Under the pieces are notes generated by a model. The model worked only from the letters and a program-made list of their open reading frames with translations, was not told where the DNA came from and ran no database searches. The position numbers and the translations under genes were made by a program. A stretch of 64,000 nucleotides of DNA from Octopus bimaculoides (taxonomy: Eukaryota), in assembly GCF_001194135.2 (NCBI RefSeq), contig NC_068993.1, forward strand, positions 2,151,753 through 2,215,752, read 5' to 3'. Below are positions 26,600 to 39,415 of the stretch, one piece after another. Position 1 is the stretch's first letter, and every line of letters begins with the position of its first letter.

Positions 26600-27620
26600 G
26601 ACATTAAAGTTTACTTCTAATAGCTTTATAACTGTTCAGCAAAACTTCCGTATCAAACTGTGTTTGTATGGATGCGTCTCATCTAATTCTCTGATTTATG
26701 TCTGTTTCTCAGCTTTCGATAATTTGTCTATTCTTATGGCAATTGTGTCGTATCTCGCTAATTTTATTTTCTGTCTAAATCTATAGACACATTTAGTAAG
26801 TTTTCCGAACAGGCGTAGTAATGTTTTGTTAATGTTTTCAAGACGTCCATGTAACGAAGATACATAGAAGTTGTCTGTCGTGAACCTCCACAACAATTTG
26901 CCATTGTATTAAACAACTATTTTAGTGGCACCAGACCATGGAAAATAAATAAGATATAATATATGGGGTCACCGTAGAAGAGTCCGCTTCCTATGTGTCC
27001 AGGATTGGTTTTCCACATCTACTCTTTATCTTGTAGGGCAATAAGAATGATATACCTCCTATTAGGATAAATTTATGTGTAGGAAAGGTATGCTAATCAC
27101 TTCCGGTCACTGCAAGGTGAGTTTTGCGTCATTATTTTTCATCAACCTCTACAATTGTCACGTAACGTTCTGCACATAGTTGTCATGTGACGTTCTGCAC
27201 GACCATGCATCCGTTTGCGATATCCTTTCTGTTTCTCTTCTAACAAGTTTTATCCTGCTTTATGAGTACCATCTTGTTTTGGCATACGAACTTGGGTGAT
27301 GTGTATTTTGCTTGGCAAGCAAGATATAAAACTGTAGTGTTGTGCGTTTGGAGGTTTCTATATTTTTGGTTTGGGGAATGCATGTTCTAGGAGGTCTGCT
27401 TGTAGTATAGCTCTTCTCTGCTTTTCAGCATTGCTCGCAACACTTACCCATGGGTATTTAGCATTTATTTCAACAAGAAATGAATGCAAAGTTTTCCAGT
27501 TGCTTTATGTTATTAATGCATTAGTGTGGTTCGGTTTCTCTGCAATACTTCTTTCTCTCCTTCTTTTCACCTGTTTTTGGGACCATATTTCCTTCTCAAT
27601 GTGTCAGAAGTTTCAGTAAT
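26600..27620 (-). pseudogene. Decayed Penelope-like reverse transcriptase
   Basis: Ordered minus-strand motifs: FPKPKI*KPPN...ISC (27349-27375, like LPKIHK..P.RPI.S), MYLRYMDV (26839-26865, like RY.DD) and THPYKHS (about 26670, like S.HP..K). Spacings of about 515 and 185 nt fit Penelope RT. Confidence 0.5.
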
Positions 27621-27670
27621 GTTGCTATACCCTCTACTGTTTTTTCTTTCAAAGTTCCTCATAGTTACAA

Positions 27671-27735
27671 TTCTTCTTCTTCTTCTTCTTCTTCTTCTTC
27701 TTCTTCTTCTTCTTCTTCTTCTTCTTCTTCTTCTT
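27671..27735. repeat. (CTT)n microsatellite
   Basis: Direct reading. Confidence 0.95.
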
Positions 27736-28594
27736 NNNNNNNNNNCTCCTCTTCCTCCTTCCCCTCCCCCTCCACCTCATCGCTGCTGCTTCTGCTATTA
27801 TTAGTCTTCTAAATAAATATGATTCTTAACCTCTCTCTCTTTTCCCATGAATACTTCGCTCACATTATTAGAATCGTACACCTGCAAACTTCTATCTGCA
27901 CACAAACATAACGTAATCGCTGTTGTTTCATTTTTCATCTGGATATATCAAGGTTTCTCTTGAGCACATATTTACTTATTCATATCCAAAAGCCATAATG
28001 ATGCAAATGCTCGTTTAATCTCTGCAAGATAAATATTTAGAATATCTCATCTTTAGAGAATTCATGAAACATTTACCAATGCTATCTAAGACTTCCTTAC
28101 CTAAAACAAGCAAGTAAGGAAACAAAAACTCTCTTCCAAAACAAAGCCAAAAAAGAAAAAAAAAACAAACAGAAAAAAACAAACAAGATAAGTAAAAACA
28201 AAACTGACGGAGAATTCTTTTTAAAATACTGCAAGAAGTAAAGTTAGTATACATTTGATGCAATAAATAGTTTAAAAAAATGCTTTGTGTGAAATTACAT
28301 GTTAATTGTAGAATAAATATTTCGATATGATCAAATATTTAGTTTTGGTCATATTCAATGAGGGAATCACTCATGCTAATTACAAGTTCCTTGCTTCTGA
28401 GAATGTCAAATTAGTCCCTTGGAAACTTCCAGATGCCTTTCACATGTTCTTTTACAAATGTATAGCCATCGCCTGCTTCCCTGTTTTGTTCTGGCGAAAG
28501 GATTAATGGAGTCACGATGTAAAAGGTCCTGGCATTCCCACTTTATGGGGTCAAGTTGGAAAGAGAGTGTGAAGTTACTTAGGGAAATCGTTGT

Positions 28595-28740
28595 ACTTGA
28601 CACCTGTACTTGGCTGGTACTTTATCTGTCGAACCCGATGTAAAGCAAATAAACCTTGGTGGGATTTTTTATTTCAGACTTCAGTGAAACGACACGATAC
28701 TACAAAGAAATTTCTGCCGGACACTCCCAATGCTTCTTCT
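28595..28740 (-). mobile_element. Degenerate SINE family A
   Basis: CTGGTACTTTATCTGTCGAACCCGATGTAAAGCAAA...CCTTGGTGGGATTT...GAAATTTCTGCCGGACACTCCCAA aligns loosely with 31205-31350. Confidence 0.55.
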
Positions 28741-28756
28741 ACTTTACCTTTATATT

Positions 28757-28865
28757 TTATCTCTTACTGGTTTCAGTCACTGGGCTGCAGCCATACTGGA
28801 GCACCAGCAGTTAGACACTATCACTTCTTTGTAATGTCTGGTACTTATTCTATGGGTCCCTTTTG
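28757..28865 (-). mobile_element. 3' tail of SINE family C
   Basis: GTTTCAGTCACTGGGCTGCAGCCATACTGGAGCACC...CTGGTACTTATTCTAT matches 26201-26295. Confidence 0.7.
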
Positions 28866-29004
28866 GGTGGGAAAATATAAAGTTGGATACTTTATATATA
28901 TATATATCAGTGTAAGCACATAAATGTGAAACAAAGTGGAAAAAAGAGTACTCAAATACCAGAGGTAGAGTAATATACTTTTATTTAAAAGCAGCAAAAA
29001 TATA

Positions 29005-29056
29005 ACAAAAGCTGTTACTCAGAGTTTCACGTTCCCGTTCGTCGGACAGGTTTTGT
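29005..29056 (-). ncRNA. Candidate minimal type I hammerhead ribozyme (HHR-2) in a Penelope pLTR-like end
   Basis: Minus strand: ACAAAA-c-CUGU-CCGACGA-ACG ggaa CGU-GAA-ACUC u GAGU-A/ACAG-c-UUUUGU. 10-bp stem I with one C.C mismatch, 3-bp stem II, near-palindromic stem III, GUA cleavage triplet. AATAAA lies about 20 nt past the fold (28980-28985). Confidence 0.75.
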
Positions 29057-30339
29057 AAATAGAACAGAAATAACGATATAGTCAAAACTAGTTAAAGGAC
29101 AGACCTTTAAAAATAGAGTCTTTCTCGGGATTTACACCTGAAGCCTACCCAACAACCGTTTGCGACTGCAAGGCAGTGGAGGCTCAGAATTAAAGAGTAT
29201 ACATCGGCGCGTGTGTTTAGCTTGCTTTCTGCTGTATATATAGACATTGTTTCAACATCCATTGTGAATGATGAAGCGGATTAATTAATATCTGAAATTT
29301 CTGTAACAACAATAAAGCTTCTGATCACCTGTTGAATGTTCAATTCACACAAAAGCGCTCACACATACACAAGCACACACACACGCATACATACATACAT
29401 ACATACATACATACTCACAAACATATTTACGCTGTACGAAATCATTTTCCACATTTTGCTATAATTCCTTCATAATATTCTCCTAAAAGAAATAAGCAAA
29501 CATCAAAATATGCAACTAATACGACGATAAATGCAAATATTCGACTCGGACTGGAACGACGAAATGATATTTCTCTGATACATGCGTGTGTATGTGATAT
29601 TACAAGGTAGCAATAAAATACAACATTATTTAGGTATTTTAAGGACAAACACTATACAGATATAATAATACACCATGAAGAACATAACAAATGTCTTTTC
29701 TCTTGTTTTATTGTTTTATTCATTGATCTGCTATGGCACATTTGTAAAAGTATTTGCCAAGATAGTTGAAACTTCTTGAAACTCACTCACACTGCATAAT
29801 TCTCCCTCGTTTTTACCATTCATTCATATACAAAACGTGTCCCTTCTATCCCCCGCTTCTCCCACATTTCCCCCCTCTCTACGCATATTACCTTACCTTT
29901 CAGCATTCAATTGTCTCTATCTCTCTGCTCTCCTCTCTCTCCAACCAAGCGCACACGCACTTACACACACAAACACAGACACACATACTTACATACACAC
30001 ACACACACATCTATTGTGTTTGGCTGTTTTTGTCGTTCTACCTTTCACTTGACTTCTCTGGTAACATAGAAATTGGAATTGAATATAAATATTTTCTTAC
30101 GATAGCTGCAAAATATTTAGAATAAAACCATTCCTTAAATAAATAAAAGATTTGTAAATATATTCCTGTGGAGGTGTCTACACATGCCTGTGTGCGTGCA
30201 TGCGTAAAAGCCAGGATGTACATAAATGTCTATGTGTGTGTGTGTGTGTGTGATCAACATACATGTAACATGTAAAATATAGAAACACATTGTGTCTTAC
30301 TAAATTATGTATGCATATATATACATATATATGTATAGA

Positions 30340-30520
30340 TAGGAGATGTACTTGCATAGCAAGTGACCTGACCTGAGATCGTGTGCTGGAACGAAAACAA
30401 TTGCAGCGTGGAGGGTGTTTATAAGCCATTTAAGAAACACACAAAAACCGTTATATTCACTTCAACATTTAAACTTAATTTTTGTCAAAGCGACGAAAAT
30501 ATTCTGACACAAATTAAATT
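30340..30520 (+). mobile_element. Probable Penelope-type terminal fragment with a half-deleted hammerhead fold at 30472-30520
   Basis: 16-nt inverted arms (14/16 paired) enclose AAGCGAC-GAA-AATATT-C. Confidence 0.4.
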
Positions 30521-31134
30521 TGCATGCTTAAAAATGCCCATTGTCCACAATACGAGATATTTCAAACAAAAGATGAAACCAGTCGCATTTTAATTTATAT
30601 TTTTATCTTCGAATCACCACCAGAAAGTTTGGATTCCAGATTTTACCATTTTAGTGATTCTAAATGATTTAAAACCTGCAACAACTTCCATTTAGCAACA
30701 GAAGTGCTAAATACAGCATCAACGATTAAAATTTGTTGAGATCGTGCTCTAGTCACTGATTAAACATGGTTTTATACTCACCACGTGATCCGTACATCGC
30801 GAACAGTTGCATTTGGTGAGTTATATATAAATAAATAGACTTTTGCAGTTGTAGCAAAATTTTAAACTATACTTTTTCTATTCCTTTTAATTGTTCCACA
30901 AATGTTTGTATTTCCTCAATATCCAATGTAGTTTATTGTACTATTCAGCTGTGCATGAATATGATTTGGAGCTCTCTCTAATTCCTAATATAAAGCTGTG
31001 TCTTGATTATTTCTTGTAGGATGTATAACATTTCCATTTGAGCTTGCGTATAATGTCACTCGTAATAAATGCAACATAAGTGAGGCACACGAATCAAATA
31101 TAACGTTACCAGATTATTCAGCGTTACGAAGTTA

Positions 31135-31360
31135 AATTTTGGTTTCAACTTATGACAAAAGAGTAGCAACTTCGAGGTGGGTTTAAGTCGATTACATCAA
31201 GCCCAGTGCAAAACTGGTACTTATTTTATCGAACCAGAACGGATGAATGGCAAAAGTGACTTCAGCGGAATTTGAAATCAAAACGTAAGAAAGACCGAAA
31301 TGTCGCTAAGTATTTTTTTTTTGCTCGGCGTGCTAATGAATCTGCCAGCACCCCGCCTTT
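31135..31360 (-). mobile_element. Near full-length SINE family A
   Basis: Reverse complement begins AAAGGCGGGGTGCTGGCAGATTCATTAGCACGCCGAGC and contains GATAAAATAAGTACCAGT...GATGTAATCGACTTAAACCCAC. Confidence 0.8.
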
Positions 31361-33804
31361 ACGAAGCTAAATATCAAAGCTATATTCAATAAAAAAAGCA
31401 AACAAAATTAAGCAAAGAGAAAACTAGAATGAATATACTGAAAGCCACTTGAATATTTTATTGAATAGCAGCTGCACAAGAGATCATATCACTACTTACT
31501 TCCAACAATTTCTGGTTGATAATTTAGACGAATAAGGAAACAAAGCCAAATAGATAACTGCTGGTTGAGAAAAATACGACAAACAACTAATGAGAGAGAG
31601 AAAGAAAGAAAGAGAGAGAGAGAGAGAGCGAAATGAGGGAGGGGTAGAGATGGGTGGAGAGAGGGAGGGGTTGGTGGAGAGAGAGAGAGAGAGAGTATGT
31701 GTGTGTGTTTTATAAATTTTCTTGAATCGAACTTCTCTCACTAATTGCTAAATTCCTTAAACTCTGAGTCTCAGAATTCCATGCTGTTCTATCTTATCAA
31801 CGAACATTTACTCGTGAAAAATTACTTTTCTTCATAAAAGGTGTTTTATTTTTGTGAATGGTGATAATAAATCGCGCATTATTTTTATTATAAATCGTCG
31901 TTTGTGTCAGACATATTAAAAAATCAAACAAACATGCCATAATCGTTCGATGCCAGTTCCATTTCGCTTCCAATTCAGCAAATTGAAGTTGAAAGTGTAA
32001 AGCTATTCTCCAAATTGATTCTGTTTAGATCTGCTGATCATTTTTATTTCTTACAATCTCCATTTCTCTCTTATTAGTTTTTTTTTCATTCTTCTTACCA
32101 CAACCGAATTATTGCGTTGGCTTTCTTTCGAAATTTGCTTGGAATTTCTTCTGATGGGAATCCAATAGTCAAACAATAATCAAGAGAACAAATAATTTCT
32201 GAAATTTTCCTCATTTCAAATCCTTTGGGAAATATTTCCAAGATCAAATCTTCACATAATCAGTTATTTTATGAAAGAACTACTTTTGTCTAGATATAAA
32301 ATGAAAACTGTTTTTCTATTTTCGTTGTTTTTCTCCGTTTGAATATATCTGATTGTCTTATTAAAAGTAAAGGAGAGAAGATAAAAATAAATATTAACAA
32401 AAACAGATATTTAATGAAATATAACAAAAATGTGTCTTAACAATGGTTTCATCTGCCAAATTGCAATTGGTAAAATAGAATTTCGAATATTTGCATATTG
32501 GAAAATATTTTATCGCAAAATTCTTTGTTTATAAATTACGAAATAGTATGATGCAGCTACATATAAGAAGAATCAATTATTCCTCTCCAACAAGCATGAT
32601 ATACAGACAAACAGTAAAATAAAAACAACCTTCCTTTCAATAGTAGGGCAATTGTGCTTTGTTGGTGATTGAGTAGGAAACAGAATTACGTAAATGAGTA
32701 GGTCACTGAATCTCTTTTTGAGAACAACAAATCTTTTAATAATTCCACAACCACCCAACTTTCTTCACTATATTCCTTGTATAATCTGTACAATATTTCG
32801 AAAGGAGAATATTATTAATATCAGAAACAAAAACTAGAAACACACCAAACGTCGGGGACAACAAAAAATAAGAAATCGAATACGACTGATTTTTATGCTA
32901 TTTATGACAAAACTGCAGAGTTCTGAAAGGTACAGTGGTTGTGTCAATAAAAGTGCTTTGTATTTTATATTTCAATGCAGTAAACGTTGATGCAATGACG
33001 AATAATGATTGCTCCTTGCATGACCAACGTTGTCTGTTTCTGTGACAAAGCATAAGATTAACGATTTTAGCGAACTTCTATTAGTGATCATTAACCTCAG
33101 CTTCGCCCTGTTTATCAAATATCATCTAAATAGTGCTGGTTGTCACACGGCGCTTATAACGGGACAAAATTATCCTCTAGCATCTTATAAGTCATCTATT
33201 TAAGATCGTACGCCATATATTGAGGATCATTTGGTAGCTATTTCTTGTAGGTTCAGCTACAAATTATTGATTCGGAAGGCATGTTTACTATTTTATATAT
33301 AAGAAATACGCTGTTAACTGACATAGTGGAAATCATTCTCCTCAGCATGTCAAGGCGTTGGAATCGTCTCAAAATAATTTTTCTTCTATGTCCGGGGTAG
33401 CTTCTCTTATGTTGTACACGATTTGATATCTGATACCTTTGCAAAACGGACTCTTCTAATTATATTTACACTGATTAATGATAATCAGATAAGGTCTTGC
33501 TTGAAGCTAGTTACATTCATCAACTTGTCTAAGATTTGAGGAATCACCGACAAAGCACAGAAAAACTAAAACAAAAAGTAAATAAAGAAAACGTGTTTCC
33601 TGTCGCACAGCAGATCGGTGTCCTCCCATTACTGTCTTTTTCTTTGTTTCTTTGAACAATTTTTGGTGATGTTAAATCGAAAGAGATTTTTAGATCGTTG
33701 CTTAACCCTCCTGTATTTCATGGAAGCAAGAGAATATGGGTGCTTTATCATAACTTGCTTACAGTATTCCATAGTTTATTTCTAGTCACAGATAAGTAGA
33801 CATC

Positions 33805-33890
33805 AATATTTAGCTGGTATTTTATCAAAGCGCGCAGGGAACATAAAAGACAAAATTGACATCGGAGGAGTTTGAACCAGGGGCGCAAAT
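33805..33890 (-). mobile_element. Degenerate SINE family A core fragment
   Basis: GCTGGTATTTTATC...AAAAGACAAAATTGACATCGGAGGAGTTTGAAC. Confidence 0.4.
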
Positions 33891-34930
33891 AGCATCACAT
33901 TAACTGCACGACAGACAAATTTCTCTTTGGCTTGATGAGAATTAAATCTAACTGAATTGGTAGATCAGTGGATTCAATAAATTTCGTTATTGCACCCATG
34001 GTTCCATCTGCAAAATTCCAGCAGCTGTCCAGAGATGTTCTATAAGGTACTTATGTTGTGCATTTATAAACAATCAATATTGTTACAGACGTGGGTGTTT
34101 CGACATGCATGGTAAAGTAGAAAAAAGATATAAAACGTTAATAATGTTTACTTTTATTTTAGCAATAATCTGAAACCTAATCCAGCCGGGAGAAATTTTA
34201 ACTTAAACTGTAATATACAAGGGAAATGTTATTAAAATATACCTCACTCTCCAGGAAATAGCTTCTCTGAAACAATGAAAAATGAATTTTTATATGGCAG
34301 ACGGCAGTATCCCAGCAGAGCCCACATCTCAATTTTGATCTATATTGCAGTTGTTTGACTAAAACTCTTGAGATAGGCATGGCCATCATACAACCTCATC
34401 ATATATTCTCATATAAAGCTAGAACCTCTTTGTTTAAACAAGAAAACAATATTTCGAAAAAATAATACAGTTTCGTTTCAAACCAATTTTATTTCATTCC
34501 TTTTTACACGCAGATCACAATGGAATAAGAATCACCACAAGCATCAACACCGATACCAACCTCCTCTCCACACCCATTAACAACAATACGACAGCAACAA
34601 TAATAATAATGTTTGCATCAAAAGCTAAAGTCTGGCTACATGAACATTTATGTAGTTGTGAAAATATGCTTCCTATGCTCTTTTATGGTTGTACAATATC
34701 GACATAAATATAAAGGTCTGTATTTTAGGAAGTGTTAGTTTGACTGCGATAACATATCAGATTAGCAACCTATTCTGTCGATACTTTGAAACAGATTTCC
34801 AAACTCTATCACCCGCCCTTTCTATGCTTCTACGCTATCACTTTATCTACAATCAATCTCTTTTTTTTCACTCAAATATACACAAACATATAGAACTATG
34901 TAACACCTTCATATATACATTTTAGTGCGA

Positions 34931-34964
<34 letters not shown>

Positions 34965-35337
34965 NNNNNNNNNNNNNNNNNNNNNNNNNNNNNNNNNNNN
35001 NNNNNNNNNNNNNNNNNNNNNNNNNNNNNNNNNNNNNNNNNNNNNNNNNNNNNNNNNNNNNNNNNNNNNNNNNNNNNNNNNNNNNNNNNNNNNNNNNNNN
35101 NNNNNNNNNNNNNNNNNNNNNNNNNNNNNNNNNNNNNNNNNNNNNNNNNNNNNNNNNNNNNNNNNNNNNNNNNNNNNNNNNNNNNNNNNNNNNNNNNNNN
35201 NNNNNNNNNNNNNNNNNNNNNNNNNNNNNNNNNNNNNNNNNNNNNNNNNNNNNNNNNNNNNNNNNNNNNNNNNNNNNNNNNNNNNNNNNNNNNNNNNNNN
35301 NNNNNNNNNNNNNNNNNNNNNNNNNNNNNNNNNNNNN

Positions 35338-35387
<50 letters not shown>

Positions 35388-35977
35388 GCTCACATTCATA
35401 CATATACATTTATCTACGCAAACGCACATGCAGGCATACATAGGCACCCATATAATATCGATTTGTATATTTGGATGACACTATGAGAGTATTTTTTTCT
35501 TATTTTCACATATGTTAAGAATAATTGTTTTGCTTTGATGTCAGCTTTTGCAAAGGTAATGCAACCATATTATGATGAATAAAAGACAAACGGTCTCAGG
35601 AGTGAAAGAACGGGAAAGCAATGTGTATGGAAGAAAGCCTGGAACATAAATTGAAAATTCGGATAACAATATCGAAATAAGGAACTGGTATTAGAAAACA
35701 AACAAGGACACAGTAAAAAATAATGAAATATACTTTAACCAAACAACTCAAATAATACACAAACACACACATGCACACAGACACACACACGCACGCGCGC
35801 GCCCACCATTACATCAATTGAAAGGGGACACAAGAGAATTTCTTTACATAACCGATTATATTATTTCACAAGTCACACTTTTTCCTGTGTTTAATAGTCA
35901 GTTTAATGAGCTTTATAACAATTTGTAATCAAAATGTTGGAGGGGGGGATTCAACTTTCTTAATTTTGTAAATGTAC

Positions 35978-36008
35978 CACTACTACTACTATTACTACTA
36001 CTACTACA

Positions 36009-36064
<56 letters not shown>
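35978..36064. repeat. (TAC)n/(TTA)n microsatellite
   Basis: Direct reading. Confidence 0.95.
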
Positions 36065-36066
<2 letters not shown>

Positions 36067-37808
36067 GGAATTCCTGCTATGCGGTTGGTCTCATACTACA
36101 TTTATTAGATTTTATCACTTTTAAAGCCCTTCATTTTAATTACATACTTTGCTAGTGAAATTGATTCGATGAAGAAATCAATATACCTGTTAAACATTCA
36201 TCGATCCGAATTTTATTATTTTGTTTGAAGTATTTTGTCTCTACTCATGTAACAAAATATTCAGCTCTTGAGACCCCGTCTGTGTTATAGTCTCCCCTCT
36301 ACATATTACCGACTTTTATTTCATAAAATTGCTTTTCTTATTTCAAATGTTTCCTTCGTATGAGATTCTTCCTTGCGCTAAACTTTATGTTACATTTTGG
36401 GAGGGCCATTTTGCCAATAAGAAATACACGCACGTGTGTTTGTGTGTGTTTTTCTTATTAATGAAAGAATCTCTGCAACGTGCAAGAATATCTGACTCAA
36501 CTTGTGATTTCATATTAAAGCTCTAACGAAAAACACATACGAAAACCGAAATAAATGTTATACAAATTATACGTACAAAGCAGACGTGTAAACGCTGGTT
36601 TATACTGGTTGATACACCCTAAACACTTTCAAAGAATTGGAATAATTCATTTTCACAGATGTTCAAGTTCCATCGGGTGCATGGTTGACCGTGCTTGTCA
36701 AAGGGTTTCATGATGCATATAAGCGATGTGAGGATATTCGATCGTATTTCATTCATGCGAGTATTCCTCTCTGAAATGTTTTATGACAAGCAGAGAATAG
36801 TTCGTGTATACCCATTTGGAATAGGTTAGTGGAGCTCACATGATTTTAATCTGTTCTTAAGTACTCGAGCCGTAACGTATTTTGTTCATGGCACACGACC
36901 GACGCTTCTCGCTTTTGATTTCGAAGATATGGCCTCTCGCAACATTGCCTGGAGGCAATCATCAGTTGAGCACGGTTATTGACGAAGACTTTGTTTGAAT
37001 GATATCACAGAAATCTGACGCCCTGTTGCTAGAATGTTTTTATCTCATCAATTTTATAAATGCGAAGACGTCTGGTCGACGGACGTTCTTTATAAGACGG
37101 TTTAGTACGCTTTGACGCTTTGTCATAACTAAAAAGTTGACCTTTCTTCATTCGGATATTAACTCGATATCTCGTTTAGAATGTCTGTTTTAAAAATAGT
37201 GTTAAGACTTCTTCCACTGAAGAACCTCAAATAATTTTATTTGTTACCATATTTGATTTAGGGTAATCAAATATATTTTAAACTTCATCTTTCTCTTTTA
37301 GGAAATTCAAGATGGATATTGGAGTCTTTCTTGAAGATATTAACATTTTCAAATTTTAAAATGCATAAGTCTGTCCATAACAACAATTAAGTAACAAAAA
37401 TTTGTTATATTAATCTCTAATATGAAGAAACTAACTACACCTTTTTTTAAAAAGCTGTATACTGTAAATCTGAATTAACACAAAAATATCACCACGGGAA
37501 CATAGCATCTTTTCTAATTATAGCAATCATTAGAAGAATGTTAACTCACCATGTATAGCTCGTTTGCCTAGTGGACATTTATCAGCAACAAACTAAATGA
37601 AACGAAGCAGAAGGAATGAATTAGTAGACACTTTCATGTCCTTTAATTCGAACGTACCACAGTAGTCACCATATGCAAATAGATTTTGAGGTTCCCAATG
37701 AAATTCGTAGTAATGATATAATAATTGCTCCGAGTTAATAAATTAATCCAGATATTTGCATGTAAGTATATGAATATTTATGCATAAATACACATCCACA
37801 TATGTGTA

Positions 37809-37848
<40 letters not shown>

Positions 37849-39384
37849 CACATACACGCACACACATAAATGCAAGAGCACGTGTATAAATGTGTAAATG
37901 CGTACATGTGCTACACCATATAACACTCATTTCAAGTTTATTGCATCCCTTCTTAAGCAACATGTAGTATGAATGTATGTTTTTATAGAATCTGTATTTA
38001 AAGCCAACAGAATATTGATTTCGAGTTAGAAAATCTAAATAAATAAGTTGGTGTAAGAGCTAAAGAAATTGTTTTCTTAAATTGGAACATTATTTCACAG
38101 CTTTATAATGTATAATTTCGTTACTTGCTGCTAAATCTGGCAACATGGCACTATCATTAAGGCAGGGTTAACAAACGTAGACTTTGCTCAACATTAGATC
38201 GTTGTAAATCCAGTCCCCAAATTGCAATAAAACAAGGTAAAATAATGTAGTTGAGAGCCAAGAGCGAGTTTTACTGCTGTTTGATGCAAATATTCTAAGA
38301 GGTATAAACTATTTTGTCAAAGGTTTTAAGCTTCGGTATGTGACTTCTTATTAGAAATGCTTACTTGACGATCTGCTAATACTCAATGCTTTCCAATGTC
38401 ACGTGTTGTTAGAGATTTGACAGTTTGAGACAGAGACAGGCTGATGGTGATTTATACTATTTCATATGATTTTTTAAATTATATTTCTGCTGTTTGTTAC
38501 AGATCGAAATCTGTATTCGAAATAGAATATTTTAAAGAATTATCGTCTTGACACTCTTCATATAAAAAAAGAACGAAAGCAATTACCTATATTCACTACG
38601 TCGTATAAACTCTATCGTGAAGATATCTGTAACTGTCTCCTGGTAACAAGCTCCTGGTAAGCGGATATTACAAACGCAATATCCAATCCTTGATATATTC
38701 TTTGCCAGGGTATGATGGCCATATCATCCTAAAGGAAGAAATCCATATAATACTTTCAATAATATTTCTCGCATTAAATGCATCGAATTCCAGACTTAGG
38801 GTTAACAACAGCCAGAACGACCATTTTATCAAATATATTCCTCATGTGATGCTTACCACTGTTGGTTCCAAGCTCAATGAATTTACCTGGATTCTATCCT
38901 GATGCGGTTATATTTTATTAACATTCTAGTTTATTATTTCAGATTGTTTAACGAGTGCAACATTTCCCTCTAATATCAACACGTTAGTGCCGCAATTTAA
39001 TCCATTCAGCTCTATTTGTAAATCTGGGGTTTCATTTAAAGGGAAAACGCCGTTTATGTTCCTCTAGTATTGATACTTTAGTTTCAGCATAAACACAGCC
39101 ACTAAATGGTTAATCTGTTTCCTACATTAATTCCATTCGAAGCATATACATTCAGTTCTTGCAAAACAAGTATTTCTATTCGACTAACAGACATTTCTCT
39201 TCATAGATATTTAGCTATTACCTATATGAATAATTTTTATTTTACATACACACACACACACACGTATATATATATATATATATATATATACATACACACA
39301 NNNNNNNNNNNNNNNNNNNNNNNNNNNNNNNNNNNNNNNNNNNNNNNNNNNNNNNNNNNNNNNNNNNNNNNNNNNNNNNNNNNN

Positions 39385-39415
<31 letters not shown>

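Noticed and set aside
26010-27116. Additional plus-strand exon candidates 26010-26060 and 27037-27087, both 51 nt like 52119-52169
   Set aside because: They share no sequence similarity, alternative splice sites exist in each, the second lies within the Penelope-like relic, and the equal length reflects my selection among many options.
27371-27619. ORF MGNACSRR... resembling a myristoylated two-TM peptide
   Set aside because: It starts at TTG and is antisense to an A-rich Penelope-like RT remnant, which explains the hydrophobic composition.
36940-36970. Minus-strand CUGAUGA followed by a perfect UUGCC/GGCAA hairpin
   Set aside because: No GAAA after the helix.
36540-37200. Possible Tc1/Tc3-like transposase relic on the minus strand
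   Set aside because: Only vague basic and RP motifs; no catalytic motif or TIR identified.
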